The notes beneath the pieces were generated by a model that saw nothing but the letters and a program-made list of their open reading frames with translations, was not told the DNA's origin and made no database searches. The translations under genes and the position numbers were made by a program. Shown here piece after piece: positions 33,718 through 43,155 of a DNA stretch of 63,114 nt. Each line of letters begins with the position of its first letter. The first letter of the stretch is position 1. The DNA is taken from assembly GCA_016207065.1 (NCBI GenBank), contig JACQQK010000149.1, positions 1-63,114 of the forward strand, read 5' to 3'. Origin of the DNA: Nitrospinota bacterium (GTDB lineage Bacteria; Nitrospinota; Nitrospinia; Nitrospinales; JACRGP01).

Positions 33718-35460
33718 TCAGATCCTCCGGCGATACACGCCATAGACCTCTTGCAGGGCGCGGGTCCATTCGTCGATGGTCACGTCCTTGACGACCGCCA
33801 GCGTCGCCTCGAAAACGTTTTCGCCCTTTTCGGCGGCGCTCCGCAGGCGGCGGACTCCGTCGCGGACCTTTCCCGGATCTCTCCGCGCCTTGAACCGGAG
33901 CACGTCGTCGCGGCGTTTCCGCTTGACGTCGTCGGGGATCTCGACTCGCGGGACGGCTTTATTTTCCTGCCTCCCCTCGGCATAGCGGTTGACGGCGACG
34001 ATCGCGCGCGTGCCGTCATGGACCTGCTCGCCATACAGGGCCGAGGAGCGCGCGATTTCGTCGCGGAAGAACCCCTCCGCCTTGGCCTGCCGGACGCCGC
34101 CGATCTCGTCGATCTGCCGGAAGTAGTCCAGTATCCCGTCGATCAGACCGCGGTAGATCCGCGTCCGGCCCGATGCGTCGCCCAGGTAGCCCATCATGTC
34201 CTTGAACCCGCCCATCTCCTCGAACAAGATCGATTGCGCGTCGGAGGCGATACGGACGGCGCCCTCCGTCGGCGTGGTGATCGGCTCGTCGTAGGAGTTG
34301 CTGTGCAGGGCCTGCGGATAATTCAGCAGAGCGTAGAACAACTCCAGCGCGGTCCGGCTGATGTTGTCGAGGATTTCGCGCTCGTACAGACTTCGGCCGG
34401 ACGTCTGCACGTGGGCCTTCAACTTCTGCGCCGCGGGATCGTCCGCGCCATAGGCGTCGCGCAGGGCGACCGCCCAAACCCTGCGGACCGCGCTGAGCAA
34501 CGCGACGTACTCGATGTCCATCCCCGACGTGAAAAAGAACGGGAGACGCCTGCCGACGTCGTTGACGTTCATCCCGCGCGCCAAGGCCTCCTCGACGTAC
34601 ACGAAGCCGTTGGCCAGGGTGAACGCCGCCTGTTGCATGGGCGTCGCGCCCTTCTGCTCGATATGGTAACCGCTGACGTTGATGGGGTAATACAACGGCG
34701 CCTCGCGCGCGCACCACTCGAACATGTCCATCGCCAGCTTTATGGATTTGTCCAGCGGGAACAACAACTCGTTCTGCGCGTCGTCCTCCTTGCAGGGGTC
34801 GGTCTGGGACGTGCCGCGGATTTTCCTCCAGTCCTGGCCCCGCTCCCGCGCCGCCTGCAATCGGGCCGCCGTCATCCACAGCGAGGGACCGTTGATGGTC
34901 ATGGAGACGCTGACGTCGTCCTGAAAAAAACCGTCGTACAAGTCGAGCGCGTCCCGGTATGTGGAAACCGACACGCCGCCTTCGCCGACATCGCAAAAAT
35001 AATCGGGGTCGTCGGCCCCCCGTCCGAGGAGGGTGTTCGTGTCAAACGCCGTGCTCAGCCGCTTGGACCGTTGCCCCTGCACGATGTACCGGAACCTCCG
35101 GTTGGTCATTTCGGGAGTCCCCAGTCCGGCGAAAATCCGCGTGGGCTCCTCGTGTTCGCGCTTGCCGTCGACGATGAGAAACGCCCGCGGGTAGATGGAC
35201 AGGCCATACGGGAACTCGCCGGGGAACCCCCATTCGCCCAGGTAGCGGGCGACCTGCGCCGGATGGTCGATATGCGGGACGGCGACCAGCGGAAGCTCGA
35301 TGCCCGTGGGCAACGGCCGGGACCCGATGGCTCCGGTTTTCTCGCGCCAGGCTTTTTGCAGTTCCTGTCGGTAGGCTTCGTCGCGCAGGGCGCGCTCGAC
35401 GGACGCCTCCACCTGGCGGTCGTAATCCTCGTTGGCCTTGACGATTTTGGATAACGTCAT
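33718..35460 (-). CDS. B12-dependent acyl-CoA mutase, catalytic (substrate-binding TIM-barrel) subunit; IcmF/ICM-like rather than classical MCM
   Basis: FPGEFPY...IYPRAF, FAGLGTPEMTNRRFRY, STAFD, SVSMTINGP, RGTSQTDPCKEDDAQNELLFP, SGYHIEQKGATPMQQAAF and LHSNSYDE; 580 aa. Confidence 0.88.
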   Translation of the reverse strand: MTLSKIVKANEDYDRQVEASVERALRDEAYRQELQKAWREKTGAIGSRPLPTGIELPLVAVPHIDHPAQVARYLGEWGFPGEFPYGLSIYPRAFLIVDGKREHEEPTRIFAGLGTPEMTNRRFRYIVQGQRSKRLSTAFDTNTLLGRGADDPDYFCDVGEGGVSVSTYRDALDLYDGFFQDDVSVSMTINGPSLWMTAARLQAARERGQDWRKIRGTSQTDPCKEDDAQNELLFPLDKSIKLAMDMFEWCAREAPLYYPINVSGYHIEQKGATPMQQAAFTLANGFVYVEEALARGMNVNDVGRRLPFFFTSGMDIEYVALLSAVRRVWAVALRDAYGADDPAAQKLKAHVQTSGRSLYEREILDNISRTALELFYALLNYPQALHSNSYDEPITTPTEGAVRIASDAQSILFEEMGGFKDMMGYLGDASGRTRIYRGLIDGILDYFRQIDEIGGVRQAKAEGFFRDEIARSSALYGEQVHDGTRAIVAVNRYAEGRQENKAVPRVEIPDDVKRKRRDDVLRFKARRDPGKVRDGVRRLRSAAEKGENVFEATLAVVKDVTIDEWTRALQEVYGVYRRRI

Positions 35461-35464
35461 TGGA

Positions 35465-36766
35465 TCAGGAGTAATGTTCCGTCAGGAACCGGTACAACCG
35501 GTTGACGCCCGCGTTATCGTGCTCGATGGCCGTGGTGAGGAACAACCTCTCCTCGGCAACCCTGCCCCGCAATAAACTGGAAACATGCCGCGCGCCGGGA
35601 AGCTCGCTTTTATTGAGCGCCACCGTCGCCCCGGGGAGGTTCAACATTTCCTCCTTGGCGATTTGCGCGGCGCCGCCGATGTCCGGCGTGGCGACGAACA
35701 CCGGCTTGTCGACCAAACCGACGATCCCGGAGTCCGGCTGGCCCGTGCCGTATGTCTCCACGAAAATCTCATATCCGGCGGCTTTCAATATCTTGACCAT
35801 GTCGGGGAGGGCGCGGGCGATGCCCTGACCATGACCGCGCGATGCGACGCTCCGGACGTAAGTCCGGCCGACGTCCACCCAGTTCTTGTCCGTGGCGTAC
35901 ATGTACGCGATCCGGTCCGCCAGAAGCGCGCCGCCCGAGCTGTGCGAACTCGGATCGACGGCGAGGATGGCGCACTTTTTCCTCCCGGCGCGGGCGTCCT
36001 TGAAAAACCGCAAGACGAGTTCGTCGATCAAGGCGCTTTTACCCGCCCCGCCGCGCCCCGCGATTCCGTATACCGTCGTCCCGCTTTCTCCGGCGGGGGC
36101 GTCCAACTTCGACAGGAAATCCGAATAGCGCCGGACTTGCGCCAGGACCTCCTTCGCCGCCGGGCCGTCTTTTTCCAAGGGACGGTCCAGCGCCTCCCGG
36201 GCGGCCCGCGAGTCCTCCGGCCAATCCAGACCGGCCTTGATTTTTTCGAGCGCCGACTCCAGCCGCGCTTTCTCCTCGGCGACATTGAGCGCCTGCGAAA
36301 TCGCCAGTTCGTTTCCGTCGAGGACGCCTTCAAGCAAGTCCTCGGGATGGCCGTTGACCGCGGGGAAATCGTAATGTTCGCGAATGAAGGGCGCGACCAG
36401 ATGACCCTCGCCGCTCCGGAAGATTTTATCGATCCCCTCTTCCCGTTCGAGCGCTTCGATCTCCGGCGGGGTGATGGTCGCCCCGCCGCCGCCGACGATG
36501 TGGAGGAAAGGATAGTCCCGCCTCCTCAACTCGTCGCGCACGGCCCGGAAGAACGGCATATGGCCGCCGTTATAGGAACTGATGCCGGCAAAATGGACCC
36601 CCTCCTGCACGACGGCCCGGACGAACTTGTCCACGGTCAAATCGTAGCCGCCCAGGATGACCTCGATGCCTCCCTTTTTCATGATGTCGGCCACCACCAG
36701 AATGGCGGCGTCGTGGCCGTCGTTGCTTTTTACGCCGATGAACCCGCGAATTTTGTTTCCAGGCAT
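35465..36766 (-). CDS. Fusion of a B12-binding domain (N-terminal) with a MeaB/ArgK-type G-protein chaperone (C-terminal)
   Basis: B12 domain: GVKSNDGHDAAILVVADIMKKGGIEV...GISSY..GH...VGGGG. G-domain: GIAGRGGAGKSALIDEL, VDPSSHSSGGALLADR, VETYGTGQ and LNKSE. Confidence 0.85.
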   Translation of the reverse strand: MPGNKIRGFIGVKSNDGHDAAILVVADIMKKGGIEVILGGYDLTVDKFVRAVVQEGVHFAGISSYNGGHMPFFRAVRDELRRRDYPFLHIVGGGGATITPPEIEALEREEGIDKIFRSGEGHLVAPFIREHYDFPAVNGHPEDLLEGVLDGNELAISQALNVAEEKARLESALEKIKAGLDWPEDSRAAREALDRPLEKDGPAAKEVLAQVRRYSDFLSKLDAPAGESGTTVYGIAGRGGAGKSALIDELVLRFFKDARAGRKKCAILAVDPSSHSSGGALLADRIAYMYATDKNWVDVGRTYVRSVASRGHGQGIARALPDMVKILKAAGYEIFVETYGTGQPDSGIVGLVDKPVFVATPDIGGAAQIAKEEMLNLPGATVALNKSELPGARHVSSLLRGRVAEERLFLTTAIEHDNAGVNRLYRFLTEHYS

Positions 36767-36796
36767 AACAGTTGGACGGGGGCATCCTCCCCCGTT

Positions 36797-37984
36797 TTAT
36801 CGCCGTTCCAGGGGAACATAAGTCTTCATATGCTCCAGACCGGGTCCCGTATACTTCTGCGTCGGCCTGTAGAGCGGCCCGTTGACTTTCCTCTGCCGCG
36901 CGTTGTTGGCGATCCAGCCGAAATGCCGGCTCGCCTGGAACAGCGGGGTGTTGACCCTCTTGGGAATCCCGATTATTTTCAGCAGGAGACTGATCGGCAG
37001 ATCGGCGTTCGGCGCCCGGTCTTTTTCCTTCAACATGATCTCGCCGATGATGTCGTAGATTTCAAAATAATGCCCCAGCCCCTTTTTCTCCGCCAGCGGC
37101 CGGGCGATTCCCTCGGCGATCCGCACCCTGGATTCGACCGCGTGTTTGTAATGTTTCAGCCGGTGTCCGAACCCAAACACGATCTCCCTGTTTTTCAGCT
37201 TCCCGTGAATATACGCCTTGGCGTTTCCGGGTTTTCCTATTTCGTCGAACATGTCCGAGGCCATCTCGTTCGCCCCGCCGTGCCGGATGCCCTTCAAAGC
37301 CACGCCCGCCGCCAGCAGAGGGCCATAGGGGTCCGTCAGCGACGACTCCGCCACGAGCGAGGCGAACGTGGAGCAGTTGATGGTGTGCTCCAGATAAAGG
37401 ACGAGGACGGCGTTGAGCGCCGCCACCGATTCTTCCTCCAGCTTTATGCCGAGCATGTTCAGGAAATTCGCGGCGAAGCTCAGCGAGGGGTCCGCTGGGA
37501 CCATCGCTTGACCCGTCAGGATCCGATAGCCCTTGGCGACAATGGCGGGGATCTTCGCCCCGATGCGCGTCCCCGCCTCGACGATGAGCCTGGCGAGTTT
37601 CTCCGGCTCCGCGCGGGGTTTTTGCCATAGCGGATTTTGGTAGTCCTCGTCGAACATGCGGGCGTAGGACAAAACGGTCAGGAGGAAATCCATCATGTGG
37701 GCGTCCTTGGGATAACCGTGCATGTGCTGGAGTATCTGTTTGTCCAGCCCGGAGTGTTGCCTGAGCCTTCGGGAAAACTCCGCAAGCTCGTCCTTGGTGG
37801 GAAGCCGGTCTTCCAGGAGGAGGTAGACGCTTTCCTCGAACGGCCCCTTCGCCAGATCGTAAATGCTGTAGCCCCTGTAAAGAAGGATGGGAGTCCCGTC
37901 GGCCGCCACCGTCGTGAGCGAAATGTCCGAAGTGCAGACGGGAACTCCGTCGAGACCGTTATCCAACGTGTTGGGCGTTTCCAT
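36797..37984 (-). CDS. Citrate synthase family protein (divergent; possibly 2-methylcitrate synthase-like)
   Basis: GLDGV...TSDIS......L.YRGY.I.DL, LYLEHTINCSTFA, GIRHGGANE, GFGHRLKHYK and PNADLP. Confidence 0.82.
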   Translation of the reverse strand: METPNTLDNGLDGVPVCTSDISLTTVAADGTPILLYRGYSIYDLAKGPFEESVYLLLEDRLPTKDELAEFSRRLRQHSGLDKQILQHMHGYPKDAHMMDFLLTVLSYARMFDEDYQNPLWQKPRAEPEKLARLIVEAGTRIGAKIPAIVAKGYRILTGQAMVPADPSLSFAANFLNMLGIKLEEESVAALNAVLVLYLEHTINCSTFASLVAESSLTDPYGPLLAAGVALKGIRHGGANEMASDMFDEIGKPGNAKAYIHGKLKNREIVFGFGHRLKHYKHAVESRVRIAEGIARPLAEKKGLGHYFEIYDIIGEIMLKEKDRAPNADLPISLLLKIIGIPKRVNTPLFQASRHFGWIANNARQRKVNGPLYRPTQKYTGPGLEHMKTYVPLERR

Positions 37985-37987
37985 AGG

Positions 37988-38830
37988 TCAAGGTTTATAG
38001 TCGAGAAGCTGGTTGATCTCGGCCCTGCTCATCATGCCTGGAACAAGGCCCTCCTGCGTTCCGTCCTCTCGCAAGCGCGAAAGGAAAATCCGGGTCTGCC
38101 CCGCGTGGTATCGAAACAGGGAAACGGGGAAAATGACCATGTCGTACCCCATTTCCACGAACTCCCGCGCTGTAATGAACGGCGTCCGTCCGAACTCCGT
38201 CATGTTGGCCAGCAAGTATCCGGGGACCTCTTTCCGGTAGCGGGCGAACTCTTCCCGGCTCCTCAAGGCTTCGGGGAAAACCGCGTCGGCCCCGACTTCC
38301 CGATACAACCGGCCGCGCGCGACGGCTTCCTCGAACTGAACGCCTTCCGCGATATTCGAGGCGCCGCGCGCGTCCGTCCTGGCGACGACGAGGAATTCCG
38401 GACCGTGCCGGTCGCGCGCTGAAGCCGCATCCCTGATTCTGGCGGCCATCTCGTCCGCGGGGACGACCTCCTTCCCGGCCAGGTGGCCGCATCTTTTCGG
38501 AAGGGCCTGGTCCTCGATGTGCAGGCCGGAAATTCCCGCTTCGATGTACCGCTTGACGGTCTCGCCGACGTTTTGAAATCCCGTATCCGCGTCGCAGAGG
38601 ACGGGGACGCCCGCGGACTTGACGATCCAGCCGCCGAGGTAGAGAAAATCATCGATCCCCAAAGATCCGTCGTCCGGAACGCCAAAGCTGTTGGACAGTC
38701 CGGCGCCGGATATGTAAACGGCCGGGAACCCCGCCTGGGCAATCTGCCTTGCCGCGAACGCGTTATAGGCGCCGGGCAGGACCAGGCGCTTTCCGGATTC
38801 CAGCGTTTTTCGCAACCCCCCATTGACCAT
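37988..38830 (-). CDS. Isocitrate lyase/PEP mutase family protein (methylisocitrate lyase PrpB-like)
   Basis: LVLPGAYNAFAARQI..AGF.AVYISGAG, VLCDADTGF, GLHIEDQALPKRCGHL (KRCGH signature) and VARTDARG. Confidence 0.85.
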   Translation of the reverse strand: MVNGGLRKTLESGKRLVLPGAYNAFAARQIAQAGFPAVYISGAGLSNSFGVPDDGSLGIDDFLYLGGWIVKSAGVPVLCDADTGFQNVGETVKRYIEAGISGLHIEDQALPKRCGHLAGKEVVPADEMAARIRDAASARDRHGPEFLVVARTDARGASNIAEGVQFEEAVARGRLYREVGADAVFPEALRSREEFARYRKEVPGYLLANMTEFGRTPFITAREFVEMGYDMVIFPVSLFRYHAGQTRIFLSRLREDGTQEGLVPGMMSRAEINQLLDYKP

Positions 38831-38831
38831 T

Positions 38832-40208
38832 TTATTTCACCTCGCACAGCCGCGCCAGGGCGCCGATGTCCTTGAGTTCGTCGAGGCCCCATACCATCCT
38901 TATAATGTCCTCCTGGCGCTTGCCGCCAAATACCGGAGCGGTCGCCGTCCTGAACTTGTCCTCGATCTCCTTCGGAGTCAAGGGGTTGTTGGGATGGCCC
39001 TTCGGATCGATCGTCTCATGTTCGAGGACGCGTCCATCCGTCAGGGTAACGGCGACCTTGTTGGGAAACGACTTCCCGTAAATGTCCGTGTATTCTTTTT
39101 TTTCCGCCACCTCGACTTTTTGGACAAGGGCCAGCAGTTCCGGGTCCCTGAACCGCTTTTCAGCGAATTGTTCGAGGGCGATGTTTCCGTCCATGAGAGC
39201 GGCCGCGACGATGTACGGCATGCTATGGTCCGCGGTTTCCTTCGTGTCGGGTCTCCACTTGGCGGACTCCCCGCCGATAATGTCGTACGAGTGGAAACTG
39301 GTATCGACGCGGACCCTCGCGATGTCCTTGACGCGCTCCGGGCCGATGGTTTTCCTCAACTCCAGGGCCGACCCTATGGCGCTTTGGGAATGATACTCCG
39401 CCGGGAAATACTTGAGGTAGGTAGAGTCGATTTTGAACGCTTCGCCGTCCTGCCCGCCAAAACGCTCCGCCAGATCGAACTCCCCCTGCGTGATCTGGTT
39501 GATCAACCCGTGCTTGCCGAGGAAGATGTCGCCCGGCCCGGTCATACCGTGTTTGACGTACAGCGCGGCGCGCACGGCGTTTTGCGCGGCCTGGGCGAAC
39601 GCGGCGGCCTTCCATTGCGAGATGGAGCCGATGCGCGTCTGCCGCAGATAATTTCCCGTGGTCACGGCGATGGCGATCGTATCGCGGATGCGCTCCGGCG
39701 GGAAACCCATGAGTTTCGCGGCCGCGGAGGCGCTGGACACGGAACCGTAGGTCACGTGGTCCCACCCCTTTTTCCGTATGCCCGCCGCGTCGCACAACCG
39801 GCATTGCAGTTCGTACGCGACAACGGTCGCCAGGACCAAGTCCTTCCCCGTCTTGCCTTCCGCTTCCGCCAGGGCGAGGCAGGCGGCGATATTGTCGCTG
39901 GGGTGCGCCGGTTCCCGGTTCAGATACGTGTCGTTCCAGTCCAACGCGCGGATCATCGTCCCGAGATAGACGGCGGCGTAATCGACGGGCGCCCTGTGCG
40001 CGGTCCCCAGGACTGTCGCCCCCTTCGCGGACGAAGCTGTCAGGGCGAACCGCCGCATCGCCTCGACCGGCGGCTCGCGATACGCGGCGAACGCGACGGC
40101 CAGACTATCGAGATACCGTTCCTTGGCGGACTGGACGGCGGAACGCGTCAGGCTTTCGCACGTCAAGTCCGCGACATAAGCCGTTATCTGTTTCTCGAAT
40201 TTATCCAT
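38832..40208 (-). CDS. MmgE/PrpD family protein (2-methylcitrate dehydratase-like)
   Basis: 458 aa with family-typical blocks: ..AHPSDNIAA.LA.AE...., GWDHVTYG, YLKYFPAEYHSQSA and DHSMPY.VAAAL.DG. Confidence 0.85.
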   Translation of the reverse strand: MDKFEKQITAYVADLTCESLTRSAVQSAKERYLDSLAVAFAAYREPPVEAMRRFALTASSAKGATVLGTAHRAPVDYAAVYLGTMIRALDWNDTYLNREPAHPSDNIAACLALAEAEGKTGKDLVLATVVAYELQCRLCDAAGIRKKGWDHVTYGSVSSASAAAKLMGFPPERIRDTIAIAVTTGNYLRQTRIGSISQWKAAAFAQAAQNAVRAALYVKHGMTGPGDIFLGKHGLINQITQGEFDLAERFGGQDGEAFKIDSTYLKYFPAEYHSQSAIGSALELRKTIGPERVKDIARVRVDTSFHSYDIIGGESAKWRPDTKETADHSMPYIVAAALMDGNIALEQFAEKRFRDPELLALVQKVEVAEKKEYTDIYGKSFPNKVAVTLTDGRVLEHETIDPKGHPNNPLTPKEIEDKFRTATAPVFGGKRQEDIIRMVWGLDELKDIGALARLCEVK

Positions 40209-40222
40209 ATCAAACCGGCAAA

Positions 40223-41101
40223 TTACAAATCGACGATCTCGCCGTAAGTCCCCAGGGCAACCTGCAAGCCGTTCTCCAGGCTCCGCGAACGGGGGACCGT
40301 GAAGGTCCCGTTGCGCGTCAGGGACAACATGCTTTTGAAATTGCGATATCCCTCGTCGGGATATACGGCGCTGGACCGTTTGACGCTGTTGTCCATTTCA
40401 TCCTTCGCGTAGGAAATTTTTTTTGTCCCCTGCTTGAAAATCTTTTCCGCGGCCACCGTTAGAGGGGTTGCTCCGTCCTTCGCGTCCTGATACGTGTTGC
40501 AGAGAAACCCCTGCCCGAACAAACCGCATTTCACGGAGTAGTCGATGATTTGCCCCGCCGCGCCTTCCGCCCCGTTGCCGAAATTGGCCGGGCAAACCAG
40601 GGCCCCGGACTTCAACCGTTCTCCGTCGAACAACTGGAGCGCGTACAGGTCGGAGCAAATGAAGAAGAACGCGTCGGACTCCTCGCCGTCCTGCCGCAAC
40701 CGGACCCTGTTGAGCCGGGAGTAGGGAGCCACCTCCATCCTCGGGAAAGCCTCGTCGAGATGCCTCATCTCGAACGACTGCGGCGTTATCTTGGCCTGCG
40801 GCGAATGGGTCCGCCCATTCCGCGAAAAAACGAACAGCGCGTTGTAGTTGACGCCGGGCTCCGCATGGGGCAAGCCGGGGGCGGCGAGGTTCAGAGTGGT
40901 GACGACGCTCACCTCCGCCTTCCGGGCCGCTTGGGACAACGCCGAACAAGCTTTTTCCGATCCCTCGACCGTGTACGCGGCGTATTCCGGGAAAAGGACG
41001 GTCTCGCCCTTTTTCCGCTCCGCGACGGTTTTCAGGATTTCCCCCAGTTGTTGGTCCTCGCGGGCCATCCTGAAGGTTTTCGGAATTATTTTCAAAGGCA
41101 T
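40223..41101 (-). CDS. Hypothetical protein with a possible divergent carbon-nitrogen hydrolase (nitrilase-superfamily) fold
   Basis: It is clearly a gene (operon position, unique long ORF). The pattern ETVLFPEYA (Glu) ... NALFVFSRNGRTHSPQAKI (Lys) ... AFFFICSDL (Cys) resembles the E-K-C triad order. This call is weak. Confidence 0.5.
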   Translation of the reverse strand: MPLKIIPKTFRMAREDQQLGEILKTVAERKKGETVLFPEYAAYTVEGSEKACSALSQAARKAEVSVVTTLNLAAPGLPHAEPGVNYNALFVFSRNGRTHSPQAKITPQSFEMRHLDEAFPRMEVAPYSRLNRVRLRQDGEESDAFFFICSDLYALQLFDGERLKSGALVCPANFGNGAEGAAGQIIDYSVKCGLFGQGFLCNTYQDAKDGATPLTVAAEKIFKQGTKKISYAKDEMDNSVKRSSAVYPDEGYRNFKSMLSLTRNGTFTVPRSRSLENGLQVALGTYGEIVDL

Positions 41102-41133
41102 GACGCCGCTCCCGCGCTTCCATCAGCGCGAAT

Positions 41134-42486
41134 TCACAACCCCTTCCGGGCCTGGTACTTTTTCGTCTCCATGTGCGCGACGGTGTTTTCCAGCACTTCC
41201 GGGACCGCCTCGCCGAAATAATAGAGCCAACTGTCCAGGTAATGCTTCATGGAGGAATTTTCCTTCACCACGGCGCTGGCCCCCCAGACCTTGACGAGAT
41301 GATCGGACGCCTTCTGCGCGACCAGCGAGGCCTTGAGTTTCGCCGAATTGGACGCGATCACGTAGTCCCTCAACAAGTCCGGGTTGTCCGGGTCGGCGTC
41401 GAAACGCGTCTTCAGCCACGCGGCGTGGAAGGTCATGTCCCGCGCGGCGTGGACCTCCATCGACATCTCGGCGATCCGGGCCTTGGTCCGGTCGTATTCG
41501 ACGAGGTGTTTGCCGGCGGTCTTCTTGCCCTCCACGACCACTTCCATATACTCGTCGAGGGCCCTCTGCGCCAGCCCGACGGCCAATGCCGCGATCGTGA
41601 TCCGGCCCGAATTCAGCATCCGTACCCCGTATTGGGCGCCGCGCCCCAACTTACCCACCAGGCATTCGGAAGGGACTACCGCGTCCTTGAAGACCAACTC
41701 GCCAAAGGACGAATTCTCGACCGACCGCTTTTCGAAAATCTGCCCCACGCCAAATCCCGGCGTTTCCCGCTCCACCAGGAACAGGGAAATCCCGCTACTG
41801 GGGTCAGGCGAGGTGCGCGCGAAGACGGCGTATACGTCGGCCGTCTCGGCGTTGGTGATCCACATCTTGTTTCCCGTGATGCGATAACTCGCGCCGTTGG
41901 ACGACGGCTCCGCCCGCGTCGTCATCTCCCGCATGATGTTGGAGCCCGAGGCGGAGGCTTCCGTAAGGCAAAAGGCCGCCAGCTTTTCGCCGGAAACCAG
42001 CCGTCTCAGGACATTTTCCCCGTACGCGGACAGGTCGCCCGCGCCGAGGTTGAACCGCAGTCCTTCCGCCACCGTATTCGAGATGGCGAACCGCACCCCG
42101 ATGCTGGGCGACGCCTTGCCCAGGATTTCGAGGAAGGCCGTGAATATCGGGAACGGAATCCCCAGTCCGCCCAACTCCTCGGAGAACGACATCCCGGTGA
42201 GCCCCGACTCCACGATCCGGGCGTAAACCTCCGCCGGGATTTTCTCCTCTTCCCTGACCCTGGCGTAAGTCCGCTCGAACGTCTCCCGGTCGAACTTTCC
42301 CTCCTCCTCCAACAGGGACTTGAAATTCCCGAGAGGGTTTCTGGACCTCTGGTCCTCGGTTTTTTTTTCGGCGGGCAGGACCCTTTGCTCCACCAGTTTC
42401 CCGAATGTCTCCAACATCTCCAGGAAGGTTTCGTCTCCATACAACATGCGAATCCAGTCTCTCTGACCGCTTGCCACGTAGCTCAT
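41134..42486 (-). CDS. Acyl-CoA dehydrogenase family protein (450 aa, with about a 70-aa N-terminal extension)
   Basis: AAFCLTEASASGSN, YRITGNKMWITNAETADVY, LFLVERETPGF..G, GRGAQYG...LN.GRI.IAA.AVG.AQRALD. Confidence 0.85.
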   Translation of the reverse strand: MSYVASGQRDWIRMLYGDETFLEMLETFGKLVEQRVLPAEKKTEDQRSRNPLGNFKSLLEEEGKFDRETFERTYARVREEEKIPAEVYARIVESGLTGMSFSEELGGLGIPFPIFTAFLEILGKASPSIGVRFAISNTVAEGLRFNLGAGDLSAYGENVLRRLVSGEKLAAFCLTEASASGSNIMREMTTRAEPSSNGASYRITGNKMWITNAETADVYAVFARTSPDPSSGISLFLVERETPGFGVGQIFEKRSVENSSFGELVFKDAVVPSECLVGKLGRGAQYGVRMLNSGRITIAALAVGLAQRALDEYMEVVVEGKKTAGKHLVEYDRTKARIAEMSMEVHAARDMTFHAAWLKTRFDADPDNPDLLRDYVIASNSAKLKASLVAQKASDHLVKVWGASAVVKENSSMKHYLDSWLYYFGEAVPEVLENTVAHMETKKYQARKGL

Positions 42487-42553
42487 GCGTCACCCGCGCT
42501 TTCCGCGACTGCTCTGGATTTTGCCGCTCATGTCCTTTTTATCTTTTGGACGT

Positions 42554-43153
42554 TCAGACACGGTAATTTTTACTTTGCACATAGCCTTCCGGCCATCCCT
42601 CTTTTGGCGTCCCTTTCAATACCCACATCGCGTCGCTGGCGCTCGCCCTCGGCGAATGTCGGAATACGGGCCGCAGTTCGTCGCCCTTTTTCAGCCGCGT
42701 GTAATCCTCGACGCGCACCATGCCTGCCGTCAGGGTGTCCAGTTCCGCGCCTTCGGGTCCCGGCAGGACGGCGGAGATCCACGCCACGGTCACCGGCAGT
42801 TGGTCCATGAAACTGATGCCCGCGAGTTCCACGGCGGTGGACAACGTGTTGACGTAAAACCGGGCGCCGTCCGGAAGTTGTTCCCACCGCGTCCGTCCAT
42901 AGCATTCCGGACAGTCGGCGCGCGGCACCTGGAACCGCAAAATTCCGCCCCGGTCGTGACCCCCGGCGTTCTCGCAAACGGTATAGAGCAACCTGGCGTC
43001 CCCGCCGCCCATGATCCCCTTGATGTAGGGCGACATCCCGCCATAACTCTTCTTGTAGCCGATCCTGACCTGGCGGTGCACGATGAGGACCTCGGTTTTG
43101 GCGGGACGGTATGCCTTGTCGCCCGGGTCCAGCGGTTTGTCCTCGACCGGCAT
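42554..43153 (-). CDS. DUF35-like Zn-ribbon/OB-fold protein (partner of thiolase-like enzymes); tentative
   Basis: Sits immediately (2-nt gap) downstream of the thiolase-like gene. It has a CPEC motif followed by an OB-like block ARFYVNTLSTAV...LPVTVAWI...GMVRVED. It is longer (199 aa) than the typical DUF35. Confidence 0.5.
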   Translation of the reverse strand: MPVEDKPLDPGDKAYRPAKTEVLIVHRQVRIGYKKSYGGMSPYIKGIMGGGDARLLYTVCENAGGHDRGGILRFQVPRADCPECYGRTRWEQLPDGARFYVNTLSTAVELAGISFMDQLPVTVAWISAVLPGPEGAELDTLTAGMVRVEDYTRLKKGDELRPVFRHSPRASASDAMWVLKGTPKEGWPEGYVQSKNYRV

Positions 43154-43155
43154 GA

